64,000 bases of DNA from Planctomycetota bacterium (GTDB lineage: Bacteria; Planctomycetota; GCA-002687715; CAIWVZ01), in assembly GCA_044222185.1 (NCBI GenBank), contig JBGANV010000001.1, positions 352,001-416,000 of the forward strand, given 5' to 3'. The notes under the pieces are model-generated. The model did not search any database and had not been told where the DNA came from. It saw only the letters and a program-made list of their open reading frames with translations. This document shows positions 23,101 to 35,227 of the stretch, one piece after another. A program made the translations under genes and the position numbers. The stretch's first letter is position 1. Every line of letters begins with the position of its first letter.

Positions 23101-23931
23101 ATGAGCGTGAAAGGCATCGAACACGTCGCCGTCGCCGTACCCAGCATCGACGCGGCGTTGAGTGTCTACCGGGATCTGCTTGGCTGGACCGTGGCGGGCA
23201 TCGAGGAGGTCGTGGACCAGCAGGCGCGCGTCGCGCGTCTCACCATGGGGCCGTACACGATCGAACTGGTGGAACCGTTGACGGCGGCATCGCCCGTCGG
23301 GAAGTTCCTCGAGAAGCGCGGTCCGGGACTCCACCACATCTGTCTCGAGGTCGGGGACATCCGACAGATGCTCGATCGGCTCAGTGCCGCTGGGGTCCAG
23401 TTGATCGACCGCCAGCCTCGGGCGGGCGCCCACGATTGCCAGATCGCGTTCGTTCATCCGAAGGCCACGGGCGGTGTCCTCATGGAGCTGTCCGAGCCAC
23501 GCCACGGGTTCGACCCGGAGGCCACCCAGGTCGGATCGGGCGGCGCGCTGACGCAAGCGGGAGTGGAGCGTCTCGTTCGCGCCATGGAGGCCGCCTGGGC
23601 AGCGTCGGACTTCGACGCCCTCTCACGGCACTACCACCCCGAGGTGGAGTTCGCGCACCCATCGGTGGCCCACGGATCGAGGATCCTCGGACGTGAACGG
23701 CTGATGGACGTGCTGCGGACGCTGCGTCCCGTCGCGCAGCACGCCGAGGCCCCCCGCGAGATCGAACGGATCTTCGTCGCGGGGAACCACGCGACGATCG
23801 AGTGGGGGCGGTCCGGGCCGGCCGCCCTCGCCATCACGACGATCGAGGTGTTGCACGGCCAGATCTTCCGCAGCCGGACGTTTTTCGAACGGGCCGCGAT
23901 GCTGAAGGGCGATTTCTCCGTGCCGATCTGA
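23101..23931 (+). CDS. mce: Methylmalonyl-CoA epimerase fused to a SnoaL/NTF2-like domain
   Basis: IEHVAVAV, IELVEP, KFLEKRGPGLHHICLEV, AFVHPKATGGVLMEL; C-terminal AWAASDFDALSRHYHPEVEF...GRER...EVLHGQI. Confidence 0.85.
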   Translation: MSVKGIEHVAVAVPSIDAALSVYRDLLGWTVAGIEEVVDQQARVARLTMGPYTIELVEPLTAASPVGKFLEKRGPGLHHICLEVGDIRQMLDRLSAAGVQLIDRQPRAGAHDCQIAFVHPKATGGVLMELSEPRHGFDPEATQVGSGGALTQAGVERLVRAMEAAWAASDFDALSRHYHPEVEFAHPSVAHGSRILGRERLMDVLRTLRPVAQHAEAPREIERIFVAGNHATIEWGRSGPAALAITTIEVLHGQIFRSRTFFERAAMLKGDFSVPI

Positions 23932-24056
23932 CGGTCCGACCTCGGAACTGCGCCTGTCTGGCGGCGTCCCGGGAACCTTCTTTCGCCTGCGGGCCCGGGT
24001 AGCATTCCCGCCTCGAATGACTCGAGGCCACAGGACGCGAAACTCCCGAGATTGCC

Positions 24057-25600
24057 GTGCCGAAAGACCCACGTGAAGTCCTCGAACAGATGCGCGAAGC
24101 CGCGCGTCTCGGAGGCGGACAGAAACGCATCGAGCAGCAGCACCAGCGCGGGAAGTTGACCGCGCGCGAGCGCATCGATTTGTTTCTCGACCCCGGTTCG
24201 TTCGTCGAGATGGACATGTTCGTCACGCACCGGTGCACGGACTTCGGCATGGAGAAGTCCAAGATCCCCGGCGATGGCGTCGTCACCGGGTACGGCACGG
24301 TCGGGGGGCGCCACGTCTACGTGTTCGCCCAGGACTTCACCGTGTTCGGGGGTTCGCTCAGCGAAACCCACGCCGCCAAGATCTGCAAGATCATGGACAT
24401 GGCGATGAAGACCGGCAAACCGGTCATCGGGCTCAACGACTCCGGCGGCGCGCGCATCCAGGAAGGCGTCGTCAGCATGGGCGGTTACGCGGACATCTTC
24501 CTGCGCAACACGCTCGCGTCGGGAGTTATCCCTCAGATCTCCGTCATCATGGGCCCATGTGCCGGCGGCGCCGTGTACTCGCCGGCGATCACGGACTTCA
24601 TCGTGATGGTCGAGAAGACCTCCTACATGTTCATCACGGGGCCGAACGTGGTGAAGACGGTCACGCACGAAGACGTCACGTCGGAGGAACTCGGCGGCCC
24701 TGCCATCCATGGCGGCAAGTCGGGCGTGTCCCACTTCACGGCGGGGAACGATGCGGAGGCCCTCGCGCTCGTCCGGGACCTCCTGTCCTACATTCCGCTC
24801 AACAACATGGAAGACCCTCCGTACGTCGCACCGACGGACGATCCGCGGAGGATGGACAAGTCCCTCGATTCGCTCGTACCCGAGAACCCCAACAAGCCCT
24901 ACGACATGAAGGAGGTCATCCGCCGCGTGGTGGATGACGGCCGCTTCTTCGAGGTCCACGCCGAATACGCCATGAACATCGTGGTGGGATTCGCGCGGCT
25001 CGACGGTCACACGATCGGAATCGTGGGCAATCAGCCGGCCGTCCTCGCAGGTACCCTCGACATCAACGCGTCCGTGAAGGGCGCGCGCTTCGTCCGATTC
25101 TGCGATTGCTTCAACATCCCGATCGTGGTGTTCGAGGACGTGCCCGGCTTCCTGCCCGGCGTCACGCAGGAGCACAACGGCATCATCCGGCACGGGGCGA
25201 AGCTGCTCTACGCGTTTTGCGAGGCCACGGTGCCACGCGTCACGGTCATCACGCGCAAGGCGTATGGCGGCGCCTACGACGTCCTCAACAGCAAGCACAT
25301 CCGCGGCGACGTCAACCTGGCGTGGCCGAGCGCGGAGATCGCCGTCATGGGCTCCAAGGGCGCCGTCGAGATCATCTTCAAGAGGGAGATCGATCAGGCG
25401 GCCGATCCGCGGGCCGAGGAGGAGCGCCTCACGAACGAGTACCGCGAGAAATTCGCGAGCCCCTTCGTCGCGGCGAGCCGCGGATACATCGACGACATCA
25501 TCGAGCCTCACGAGACGCGTCCCAAGCTGATCCAGGCGCTCGCGCTGCTCGAGAACAAGCGGGACAAGAACCCCGCGAAGAAGCACGGGAACATCCCGCT

Positions 25601-25604
<4 letters not shown>
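24057..25604 (+). CDS. pccB: Acyl-CoA (propionyl-CoA) carboxylase carboxyltransferase subunit
   Basis: [53 protein letters not shown]. Confidence 0.93.
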
Positions 25605-27102
<1,498 letters not shown>

Positions 27103-27106
<4 letters not shown>

Positions 27107-27612
27107 AATACATCGTTCGCATCGGCGGGAAGGACACCCCGGTCAGCGTGGACCTTCGTGACGACGGCCGGTTCGACGTCACGCTCGACGGCGAGTCGAT
27201 GCAGGTCGACATGCGGAGGGCCGGAGGCGACTCGTTGTTCTCGTTGCTCATCGGTGCCCGATCGTGCGAGGTCTCGGCGACGACGAACGACGGAATGTGG
27301 CGACTCGCGCTCCGCGGTGCGACCGTCGACGCTGCCGTCGAATCCGAGCAGGAGCGGAACGCCCGCCTCATCCAGGTGGGCACCGGACCTTCACGTCCGG
27401 CGATCATCAAGGCCAACATGCCCGGCTTCGTCTCGAAGATCCTGGTCAAGCCCGGCGACGCCGTGGCGAAGGGCACGGCCCTCCTCATCATCGAGGCGAT
27501 GAAGATGGAGAACGAGATCCGCGCGGACTCCGCCGGAAGCGTGGCCGAGGTGCTCGTCTCAGAGCGCCAGACTGTGAACAACGGCGACTCGCTCGTGCGC
27601 ATCGCGCACTGA
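27103..27612 (+). CDS. Biotin carboxyl carrier protein
   Basis: EAMKMENEI biotinylation motif; ATGA overlap with the previous gene. Confidence 0.92.
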
Positions 27613-27625
27613 AATCGGAGTATCC

Positions 27626-28243
27626 GTGCCAACGCTGATCAGTCGCCACGTGACCGTGGCCGACTGCGGACCCTACGACGCCCTCCTCTTCGACTGCGAC
27701 GGCACGCTCGCCGACACCATGCCGCTCCACTACACGGCGTGGAAGCGCGTCCTCGAACCGTTCGGTGTCGTCTTCGAGGAGAACCGCTACTTCTCGCTGG
27801 CCGGAATGCCCACGCGCCACATCCTCGCGACGCTGTCGAAGGAGCAGGGCATCCCGCTGAACTTCGACGAGCTCGTGCACGTCAAGGAGCGGTACTTCCT
27901 CGAGATCGTCGATCGCCTCGCGCCGTTCGAGCCCGTCCTCGCGTTGGCACGGGCGTTCCATGGGACCAAGCCCATGGCCGTCGTGTCGGGGGGGATCCGG
28001 CGGGCCGTCGAGCGCACGTTGAACCACTTGGCGATCCGCGCGTGGTTCGGTGCCGTCGTCACGGCCGAGGACACTCCCAGCGGCAAGCCACACCCGGAGC
28101 CGTTCCTGATCGCGGCGCAGCGGCTGAACGTGAATCCCGCTCGCTGCCTCGCGTTCGAGGACGCGCAGCTGGGTTTCGAGTCCGCACTCTCCGCCGGCAT
28201 GGACGTGGTCGATGTGCGCGGTATGGTGGGCGGCAAACACTGA
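27626..28243 (+). CDS. HAD-family phosphatase (YqaB/beta-PGM-like)
   Basis: FDCDGTLADT, KPHPEPF, FED. Confidence 0.9.
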   Translation: MPTLISRHVTVADCGPYDALLFDCDGTLADTMPLHYTAWKRVLEPFGVVFEENRYFSLAGMPTRHILATLSKEQGIPLNFDELVHVKERYFLEIVDRLAPFEPVLALARAFHGTKPMAVVSGGIRRAVERTLNHLAIRAWFGAVVTAEDTPSGKPHPEPFLIAAQRLNVNPARCLAFEDAQLGFESALSAGMDVVDVRGMVGGKH

Positions 28244-28261
28244 GGACCCGGTAGAGAAACC

Positions 28262-29671
28262 ATGGACCAGACCAGCATCAGCCGGTTCGTCGACGGAGTG
28301 TGGGACGCGTCGATCATCCAGGCTCTCGTCGAGTACGTGAAGATCCCGAACCAATCGCCGATGTTCGACACGAACTGGCGCGAGCACGGGCACATGGACC
28401 GCGCCGTCAAGCTCATCGTCGAATGGACGAAGCGCCAGGCCGTTCCCGGGCTCACACTCGAAGTCGTCCAGCTCGAGGGGCGCACGCCGGTGATCCTGAT
28501 GGAGATCCCCGGCAAGAGCCAGGACACCGTGCTGCTCTACGGACACCTGGACAAGCAGCCGCCGATGGAGCCGTGGGCAGCGGGCCTCGGTCCGTGGACG
28601 CCGGTCATCCGTGACGGGAAGCTCTACGGCCGTGGGGCGAGCGACGACGGGTACGCGGCCTTCGCATCCGTCACCGCGCTGGCGGCGCTGGCGAACGGGT
28701 CGATCCCACATGCGCGCTGCGTCGTCATCATCGAGGCCGCGGAGGAAAGCGGCAGCCCGGACCTCCCGTTCTACATCGAGGCGCTGAAGGCGCGGATCGG
28801 GACGCCGAGCCTCGTCGTCTGCCTCGATTCGGGTTGCGGCGACTACGAGCGCCTCTGGAGTACCACGTCGTTGCGCGGGATGGTCGCCGGAAACCTGACC
28901 GTCGAGCTCCTGAAGGAGGGCGTGCATTCCGGCGACGGCAGCGGCGTCGTCGCCTCCAGCTTCCGCGTGATCCGGTCGCTCTTGAGTCGCCTCGAGGACG
29001 AGACGACGGGACACATCAAGCCGTCCGCATTCCACGGGACGATCCCCGAAGAGCGCCGCCGTCAGGCCGGCGCCGTCGCCGAGGTCCTCGGTGACGCCGT
29101 CTGGAACAAGATGCCGCTCCTGCCCGGTGCGCGCCCCATGACGACGGATCGCGTGGAGGTCGTCCTGAATCGGACGTGGCTGCCCATGCTCTCGATCACC
29201 GGCCAGGCCGGCATGCCGCCGCTGGAGTCGGCCGGTAACGTGCTTCGGCCCATGACGGCCTTGAAGCTCTCGCTCCGACTGCCGCCCAACGTGGCCGCGG
29301 AGCCCGCATCGGCAGCCCTGAAGCGCCTCCTCGAGGCGGATCCACCGTACGGGGCTCGCGTCTCGTTCGTGCCGGAGAAGGCCGGATCGGGTTGGGATGC
29401 GCCGCCGCTCGCGCCATGGCTCGAGGCGTCGACCGAGGCGGCCTCGTTGGCGACGTTCGGCAAGTCTGCGTGCTACTTCGGCGAAGGCGGTTCGATCCCA
29501 TTCATGGGGATGCTGGGCCAGCGTTTCCCGAAGGCGCAGTTCCTCATCACGGGCGTCCTGGGTCCGCAGTCGAACGCGCACGGACCCAACGAGTTCCTCG
29601 AGATCAAGACGGCCAAGCGCCTGACGAGCTGCGTGGCCCGGATCCTCGCGGATCACTTCACGCGGAAGTAG
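28262..29671 (+). CDS. M20/M25/M40 family metallopeptidase
   Basis: YGHLDKQP, GRGASDDG, EESGS, AHGPNE. Confidence 0.9.
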   Translation: MDQTSISRFVDGVWDASIIQALVEYVKIPNQSPMFDTNWREHGHMDRAVKLIVEWTKRQAVPGLTLEVVQLEGRTPVILMEIPGKSQDTVLLYGHLDKQPPMEPWAAGLGPWTPVIRDGKLYGRGASDDGYAAFASVTALAALANGSIPHARCVVIIEAAEESGSPDLPFYIEALKARIGTPSLVVCLDSGCGDYERLWSTTSLRGMVAGNLTVELLKEGVHSGDGSGVVASSFRVIRSLLSRLEDETTGHIKPSAFHGTIPEERRRQAGAVAEVLGDAVWNKMPLLPGARPMTTDRVEVVLNRTWLPMLSITGQAGMPPLESAGNVLRPMTALKLSLRLPPNVAAEPASAALKRLLEADPPYGARVSFVPEKAGSGWDAPPLAPWLEASTEAASLATFGKSACYFGEGGSIPFMGMLGQRFPKAQFLITGVLGPQSNAHGPNEFLEIKTAKRLTSCVARILADHFTRK

Positions 29672-29674
29672 AGC

Positions 29675-30283
29675 GTGACGGACGACGCCGGCTCCATCGC
29701 GGATGCGATCAAGGTGTTGCGGCGACGCACCTCGCCGCAGTGGGCAGAGGTCGCCGTCCGCCAGCTCGGGCGCGTACTCTGCGATCACGCGCACTGCGAG
29801 AAGAAGGCCGCCGCCTCCGCACTGGCGGTGGTGAACCGATACGGCGAGCACCCCGACCTGGTCGATGCCATGGTGGCGCTGGCGCGCCAGGAGATGGATC
29901 ACCTCTCACAGGTGTGGGAGTTCATGAAGCGACGCGGCGTGAAGCTCGGGCGCGATCCGGGTGACGACTACGCGCAACAGCTACGCCAGCACGTGCGTCC
30001 GAAGGAGCCGCTTCGACTGCTCGACCTGTTGCTCGTGAGCGCGCTCATCGAGGCTCGCTCGTGCGAGCGCTTCGTCCTGCTTGCCCCCAGCGTCGCCGAC
30101 CCGGAGCTGAAGGCCTTCTACGACGAGCTGGCGCAGTGCGAGGGCGGGCACTTCCGTCTCTTCGTCACGCTGGCCGAGCGGCACTACGACGTCGACGTCG
30201 TCCGTGCGCGGCTGGACGAACTCGCCGAAGTCGAGGGCGCGATCGTTGCGCGCCTCGACTGTGAACCGTCGGTTCACGGTTGA
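29675..30283 (+). CDS. miaE: tRNA-(ms2io6A37) hydroxylase
   Basis: DHAHCEKKAA, EMDH, ALIEARSCERF, EGGH diiron ligands. Confidence 0.9.
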   Translation: MTDDAGSIADAIKVLRRRTSPQWAEVAVRQLGRVLCDHAHCEKKAAASALAVVNRYGEHPDLVDAMVALARQEMDHLSQVWEFMKRRGVKLGRDPGDDYAQQLRQHVRPKEPLRLLDLLLVSALIEARSCERFVLLAPSVADPELKAFYDELAQCEGGHFRLFVTLAERHYDVDVVRARLDELAEVEGAIVARLDCEPSVHG

Positions 30284-30289
30284 GCGAAC

Positions 30290-30316
30290 GACCCGCGCTC
30301 CATCCGAGCGCGGGTC
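30290..30316. terminator. Perfect 11-bp hairpin between convergent genes, likely terminator
   Basis: GACCCGCGCTC-CATCC-GAGCGCGGGTC; no U-tract. Confidence 0.6.
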
Positions 30317-30329
30317 GGAGCGATGACGC

Positions 30330-31709
30330 TCAGAACCCGAGGACGAGGACGCCCGGATTCGCGAGGAACAGGTAGCCAGTCACGTCGTCCGCGGCCTGGA
30401 CGAGGACCGAACCGCCCTCGATGCCGTTGAACTGCGCCGGCAGCGTGAACCCGACCTGGAAGTAGCGGTTCGCGTCCGCCACGCCCGTCGTCAGGAACGC
30501 CGCCGCAGCCGGGTTCCCCGACATGAACTGGAGGGACGGCGCGTAGATCGACAGGCCGAACTCCGTGACGAGCGCGAGTCCGACCGGGTACCCGGCCTGC
30601 GCCGCCAGGTGCGACATGACGAGGACGCCGCCCGGCTGCGTCGAACCGAGCCAGCGGAACGTCGCCGGGGTGTCGACGATCGGGCCGTAGATGCCGCCGC
30701 CGGTCGTGAAGGCCGGCGAACCATTGCTGCCGACCGGTCCTCCGGCCTGGTTCTGCCCGGCCGGGCCAGGGATGAACGGCATGGGCTTCTTGTTCAGCAC
30801 CGTCGAGAAACCCGAGATGTCCGCAGCGTTGCCGCCGTTGCCCGAGGGGATGGTGGTCGAGGAACCGACACCGCGCCGGCCGCCCTGCCCACCGACCACG
30901 TAGCTCGTGTTCGTCGGGTCATCGACGATGGAGACGATGCTGCCGTTCAGCGCTCGGATGGCCGCGCCGCCTGCCGGCGTCGACGCGCTGGTCGTCCACG
31001 GACCACCGCCCGATCCACCGATGAGCTTGGGCCGCGCGAGGCACACGACCGACTGATCGAGGATCAGCATGGCGTCACCCGCGACCGGGAAGAAGTTCGG
31101 TTCGCCGTAGAGGTCGCCGCCCGCGATGTCCAGGTCGTTGCCCTGGATCCGCGAGTTGTAGACCGACATGCCGGGAATCGGCGGCAGTCCGCCCGGTTGG
31201 TGACGGATGCGCATCTCCTCGATGATGACGTTGGCGCAGGCTGCGATGACGGCACCGCCGTTGGCGAGGACCATGCGGTCGAGGACGAGGTTTCCGACGC
31301 AACCCGCAGCGCCAAAGCACAGGTCGCTCGCGGTGCCCGGACGGAGGATGACGAGACCGGAGAGAACTGCGGTCTGTCCGGCCGGCACGTTCTGGACGCT
31401 CACCTGGCCGTGAATGGCCGCGAGTGACGGATTGCTGGGAACGATCATCGGGTACTGGGTTGCGTTCCAGCCCACGATCGTGATTCCCGACGTCACGGCA
31501 ACGTTTTCGAAGTAGTTGCCGGCGCGGACGAGGATGCGGTCCCCCGGTGACGCTGCGGCGACCGCAGCGGAGATGGTCGTGAAATTGGTGCCGGGTCCGT
31601 TGTTGGCATCGACGATCCAGATCGCTGCCGGACACGACACGGCGAGAGCCACCGAGAGGAAGAAAACGATCCCACCGCGACGGGCAGGTTCGAACGTACG
31701 CATCTGCAT
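30330..31709 (-). CDS. Exported protein with pectin-lyase-like/beta-helix N-terminus, Gly-rich region and C-terminal beta domain
   Basis: SD GGAGA; signal peptide; IWIVDANNGPGTNFTTISAAVAAASPGDRILVRAGNY. The real start lies well inside the 716-aa ORF. Confidence 0.8.
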   Translation of the reverse strand: MQMRTFEPARRGGIVFFLSVALAVSCPAAIWIVDANNGPGTNFTTISAAVAAASPGDRILVRAGNYFENVAVTSGITIVGWNATQYPMIVPSNPSLAAIHGQVSVQNVPAGQTAVLSGLVILRPGTASDLCFGAAGCVGNLVLDRMVLANGGAVIAACANVIIEEMRIRHQPGGLPPIPGMSVYNSRIQGNDLDIAGGDLYGEPNFFPVAGDAMLILDQSVVCLARPKLIGGSGGGPWTTSASTPAGGAAIRALNGSIVSIVDDPTNTSYVVGGQGGRRGVGSSTTIPSGNGGNAADISGFSTVLNKKPMPFIPGPAGQNQAGGPVGSNGSPAFTTGGGIYGPIVDTPATFRWLGSTQPGGVLVMSHLAAQAGYPVGLALVTEFGLSIYAPSLQFMSGNPAAAAFLTTGVADANRYFQVGFTLPAQFNGIEGGSVLVQAADDVTGYLFLANPGVLVLGF

Positions 31710-32181
31710 GATCTCCGTGTGACCAGGCCGGGATCCCCGACCGCATGGGCGGGTGAGTCCCGGGCGAGTTGGACTCCACAAGGCTCTCTTGGTGCGACAC
31801 TCGAGGTCGCCGCGCATCCGCAGGAATGCCGTCCCGACGAGGGGCGCACACCAGGCGCGATGTCGAAATCCGAGAGAGTCTATCCCAGGGGCGAGGCGGG
31901 GGCGCTCCGGCGGGAGCGATTCACTCCGGCCCCGTTGTACGGAAGAAAGGCGTTGCTGAGGGAGGTTTTTCAGAAAGTCGCGGTATCGATCGCCGCCGGC
32001 CAGACCGCCCCGTGCGGTGCCGTTCCATCGCCCGCGCGCATCTGCAGGCGGGCGCCGCGGTGGGAGCGCCGCTCGGGCTCCACAACCCTTCGGGCCTGTC
32101 GGTGTCGCCGGCCCACCCTCTTGGGTTTCGTGCGGGGATGGGGAGGATGCCTGCCATGCGCCAACGCGGGGGACCATCCTT

Positions 32182-32475
32182 ATGACGTTCCATCCTGGAC
32201 ACGATGCCTGGCACGGCTTCACGGTGGCGGTGTTCACGAGCGACGGTCGCCTCGTCGTGGGTCGGTGGGATGCGGAGGAGAACGGCGTCGTTCGACTGCT
32301 CGACGCCTCCGAGCACCAGGATTCACCTGCGGCATCGCCGACACGGCAGGAGTTCCTGAACGGACTCATGACCGTCGGCCCCAAGCCCACGCACCGCATG
32401 CTCACCGTGCGGCGCAAGGACGTCGTCATCGTGCAGCAACTCGGTGAGTTCATCCGCGCGATGCGAGAGCCATAG
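32182..32475 (+). CDS. Small hypothetical protein
   Basis: GGGGGA SD-like site, ATG at 32182; beta-rich MTFHPGHDAWHGFTVAVFT...; typical codon bias. Confidence 0.65.
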   Translation: MTFHPGHDAWHGFTVAVFTSDGRLVVGRWDAEENGVVRLLDASEHQDSPAASPTRQEFLNGLMTVGPKPTHRMLTVRRKDVVIVQQLGEFIRAMREP

Positions 32476-32484
32476 CTCACTCGG

Positions 32485-33339
32485 TCAGCGAGGCTCCTGC
32501 AAGAGCAGGGGCGGCGCCGAGAGAGTGCTCGCGAGCGCGGCGAGTTCGGTTTCGGCCTGAAGGTCGCGCCCGCCGTCCCGCACGGCGCGGATCAGCCGGT
32601 TCTTTGCCGTGTGCTCGAGCGGAACGAACTCGATCGTCTCCGTCCGGTAGCCCTTCGTTCGCAGCCAGAGGCTTCGGATGACGTCGGTGAACGTCGCCGA
32701 GAAATCCACGGCCACCACACCGTCGCGCAGGAACGGTGCGAACGTTGCGCCCGGATCCAGGAGCCCTCGCAACTCGCGTTGGCAGCAGGGGACGACCTGT
32801 ATGTCGGAGATCGCATGGATCACGGCGCGTTTCAGGACCTCATCCGTCGCCGTGTCGCACCCGTGGAGTGAGAGCATCAGGTCGACCACGGGGGGCAGCG
32901 CCGCCGTGGCTATCGAACCGCAGAAGAACGTCGTTCCGGTCATACCGAGCGCCTTGGCTCGCCGTCGGCATGCGTCGACGCGCTCTGCGTCGCGGTCGAT
33001 GCCATGAAGCAGCGCCTGGGTCCCGAGCTCGGCCGTGACCGTGTGATGAAGCAGGAACCCCAGGTAGGAGTTCCCGCAGTTCGCGTCGACGATGCTGACG
33101 CTACCGCGGCTCTTCGCAATTCGCTCGAGGGTCGGTCGAAACAACCCGATCAGGTGGACGACCTGGTTGAGCTTCCGCCGCATGTCCGCGGAGACCGAAC
33201 CGTCCGCGTTGACGATGTGGAGGGCGTGGAGGAGCGGGCGGGCGCGATCGAGATCGAACGCGCGCGTGGCGGCAGATGCCGGCAGGGGAGGACTCTCCGC
33301 GGAGTCGCCCCGAGTGCGCGGAGTGCGGCGGGAATTCAC
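32485..33339 (-). CDS. Class I SAM-dependent methyltransferase (Methyltransf_32-like)
   Basis: IVDANCGNSYLGF, SLHGCDTATD, VPCCQ, EHTAKNRLIRA. Confidence 0.85.
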   Translation of the reverse strand: MNSRRTPRTRGDSAESPPLPASAATRAFDLDRARPLLHALHIVNADGSVSADMRRKLNQVVHLIGLFRPTLERIAKSRGSVSIVDANCGNSYLGFLLHHTVTAELGTQALLHGIDRDAERVDACRRRAKALGMTGTTFFCGSIATAALPPVVDLMLSLHGCDTATDEVLKRAVIHAISDIQVVPCCQRELRGLLDPGATFAPFLRDGVVAVDFSATFTDVIRSLWLRTKGYRTETIEFVPLEHTAKNRLIRAVRDGGRDLQAETELAALASTLSAPPLLLQEPR

Positions 33340-33361
33340 GTCCGCACCTGCGGGCCGGGCC

Positions 33362-33637
33362 TCAGCTCGGCTTCTTCTTCATCGCGGCAACGCGCTTTGC
33401 GAGGCGCGACTTGAGACGGGCCGCGGCATTCGGGTGGAGGATGCGGCTCTTTGCCGCCTTGTCCAGCTTCTGCTGCGTCACCTGCAGGTCGGCAGCGAGG
33501 GTCGTCGTGTTGCCGGCCGCGACGGCTGTGCGGACCTTCTTCAGGTGCGTCTTCATCGCCGCACGGTTGGCGCGGTTGGCCTCGCGGATCCGCTCGTTCT
33601 GTCGCGCACGCTTCAGGGCTTGCTTGCTGTGAGCCAT
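33362..33637 (-). CDS. rpsT: 30S ribosomal protein S20
   Basis: MAHSKQALKRARQ, LDKAAKSRILHPNAAARLKSRL. Confidence 0.96.
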   Translation of the reverse strand: MAHSKQALKRARQNERIREANRANRAAMKTHLKKVRTAVAAGNTTTLAADLQVTQQKLDKAAKSRILHPNAAARLKSRLAKRVAAMKKKPS

Positions 33638-33712
33638 GGTTCTCGTTCGTTCGGTATCAGTTCCTGCGTTCTCAGGTCGCGGATGCCCCCGCCTCTCGGG
33701 GGTCCCGTCCGT

Positions 33713-35062
33713 TCAACGCGCCTTCAGGGCGTCGATCTTCTTTCCGACGTCCTTGAACGAAATGTCGTTCTCGAAGATGCGCTTGTAAGTGTCGAGGGCC
33801 TTCTCCTTCTCGCCTTGCCGCTCGTACACGAGCGCCAGATCGTAGAGAAGCTCCTTCTTCTGATCGGTCATGCTCGGGAGCGAGTCGATCGCTTCGAGCA
33901 ACTGCTTGGCGGCCAGGTCCAGGATTCCCTTCTGGGAGAACGCCCGGCCCAGCATGTGCAGCGATGGCAGCTTGTGGCGTGGATCCTTCACGGAGAACTG
34001 CAGCTGCTCGATGGCCGCGTCGACCTCACTGTCCTTCAGCAGCGCTCGCCCCAGCTTGAAGCGAAGCGCCATGTCGGTCGGGTGGGCCTCGACGCGACGG
34101 CGGTACTCGTCCACCTGCAGCGTGAGCAGCTCGGTCTCGAGGCGTTTCGCGCGTTCGCTGGCTCCCGCTTCGTTCGACTTGCGGGCCTCCTCCAGGCGGG
34201 CTTCTGCCCGTGCGAGCCGGACGTCCCCGAGCAGGTCGGCGATCTCGGTCGATCCCGGGATTCGCTTGGACGCGGTGACGAGGCAATCGGCTGCCGCGTC
34301 GTAGTTGCGGCGCTGGATGTGGAGCTTTGCGAGCCGGATCACGAGCGCAGCGTCGTCAGGGTTCTTCTCGAGCTGGTCGGTCGCGTCCTTGACCATGGTC
34401 TCGAGGTCATCGGCTGACTTGACGATGCGCTGGTCGCGCTCGTCCGTTGCGAGGTCCGACTGGCTCTTCGCGAGGTCACGCGCCGACTTTGCGCCCTGGA
34501 ACCCGCCGGCCTGGATCGCCCCTTCGGCGGCCAGGTTCTTGCGCATCTTGCTCGCTTCCTGGTCGCGAGGGTTGATCTTCAGGACGCGCTCGTAGCACTT
34601 CAGGGCTTCCTCGTGCTGCTTGGAGTCGTAGTAGAGCTGGCCAAGGATCTTGAGCGACTCGACGTCCTGTGGGTCGATCTCGGTCACGACCTGGAACGCC
34701 GCCTCGGCGCTCTTCCGATGCCCGAGTCCGAGGAGCGCGTGCCCGAGGCGGAGGTTGTACTTCAGGTTGCGCGGGTCGTTCCGAAGCGCCGCCTCGCAGA
34801 AATTCGCGACGCCCGATTTCGACCGGAACAACCCTGCGAAGAGACTGCCCAGGCCCGGTCCGATGTTCTTCACGCCGCGGACGAGCCCGCTCGGATACGA
34901 CTTCTCGTATTTCTTCAGGGATGCTCGGCGGATCCCGCGCCGGGCTTCGCCGGCATCGGGGTCCAGGCGGAGGATCTCCGAGAACAGGGCGATGGCGCCA
35001 TCGTAGTTCTTGCGTTTGACTTCGGCCTCGGCGCGCTCGAGGTATTTGGTTACGTCGACCAA
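33713..35062 (-). CDS. TPR-repeat protein
   Basis: Multiple TPR helices; C-terminal KELLYDLA...DISFKDV. Confidence 0.85.
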   Translation of the reverse strand: MVDVTKYLERAEAEVKRKNYDGAIALFSEILRLDPDAGEARRGIRRASLKKYEKSYPSGLVRGVKNIGPGLGSLFAGLFRSKSGVANFCEAALRNDPRNLKYNLRLGHALLGLGHRKSAEAAFQVVTEIDPQDVESLKILGQLYYDSKQHEEALKCYERVLKINPRDQEASKMRKNLAAEGAIQAGGFQGAKSARDLAKSQSDLATDERDQRIVKSADDLETMVKDATDQLEKNPDDAALVIRLAKLHIQRRNYDAAADCLVTASKRIPGSTEIADLLGDVRLARAEARLEEARKSNEAGASERAKRLETELLTLQVDEYRRRVEAHPTDMALRFKLGRALLKDSEVDAAIEQLQFSVKDPRHKLPSLHMLGRAFSQKGILDLAAKQLLEAIDSLPSMTDQKKELLYDLALVYERQGEKEKALDTYKRIFENDISFKDVGKKIDALKAR

Positions 35063-35227
35063 GTGTTCACTTCGGGGTCATCGCCCCAGCGCTCATGGAT
35101 GCTTGCTGTGGGTGAAAAGAGGCGAAAACATACCAGCCGTCGGATGGCACGTCAACGCGCGGGCTGCGCGCCGGGCGGCGTCCGCAACGGTGCGTTCCTT
35201 CGCCCCATCGACCACGCGGAGCGTGAT

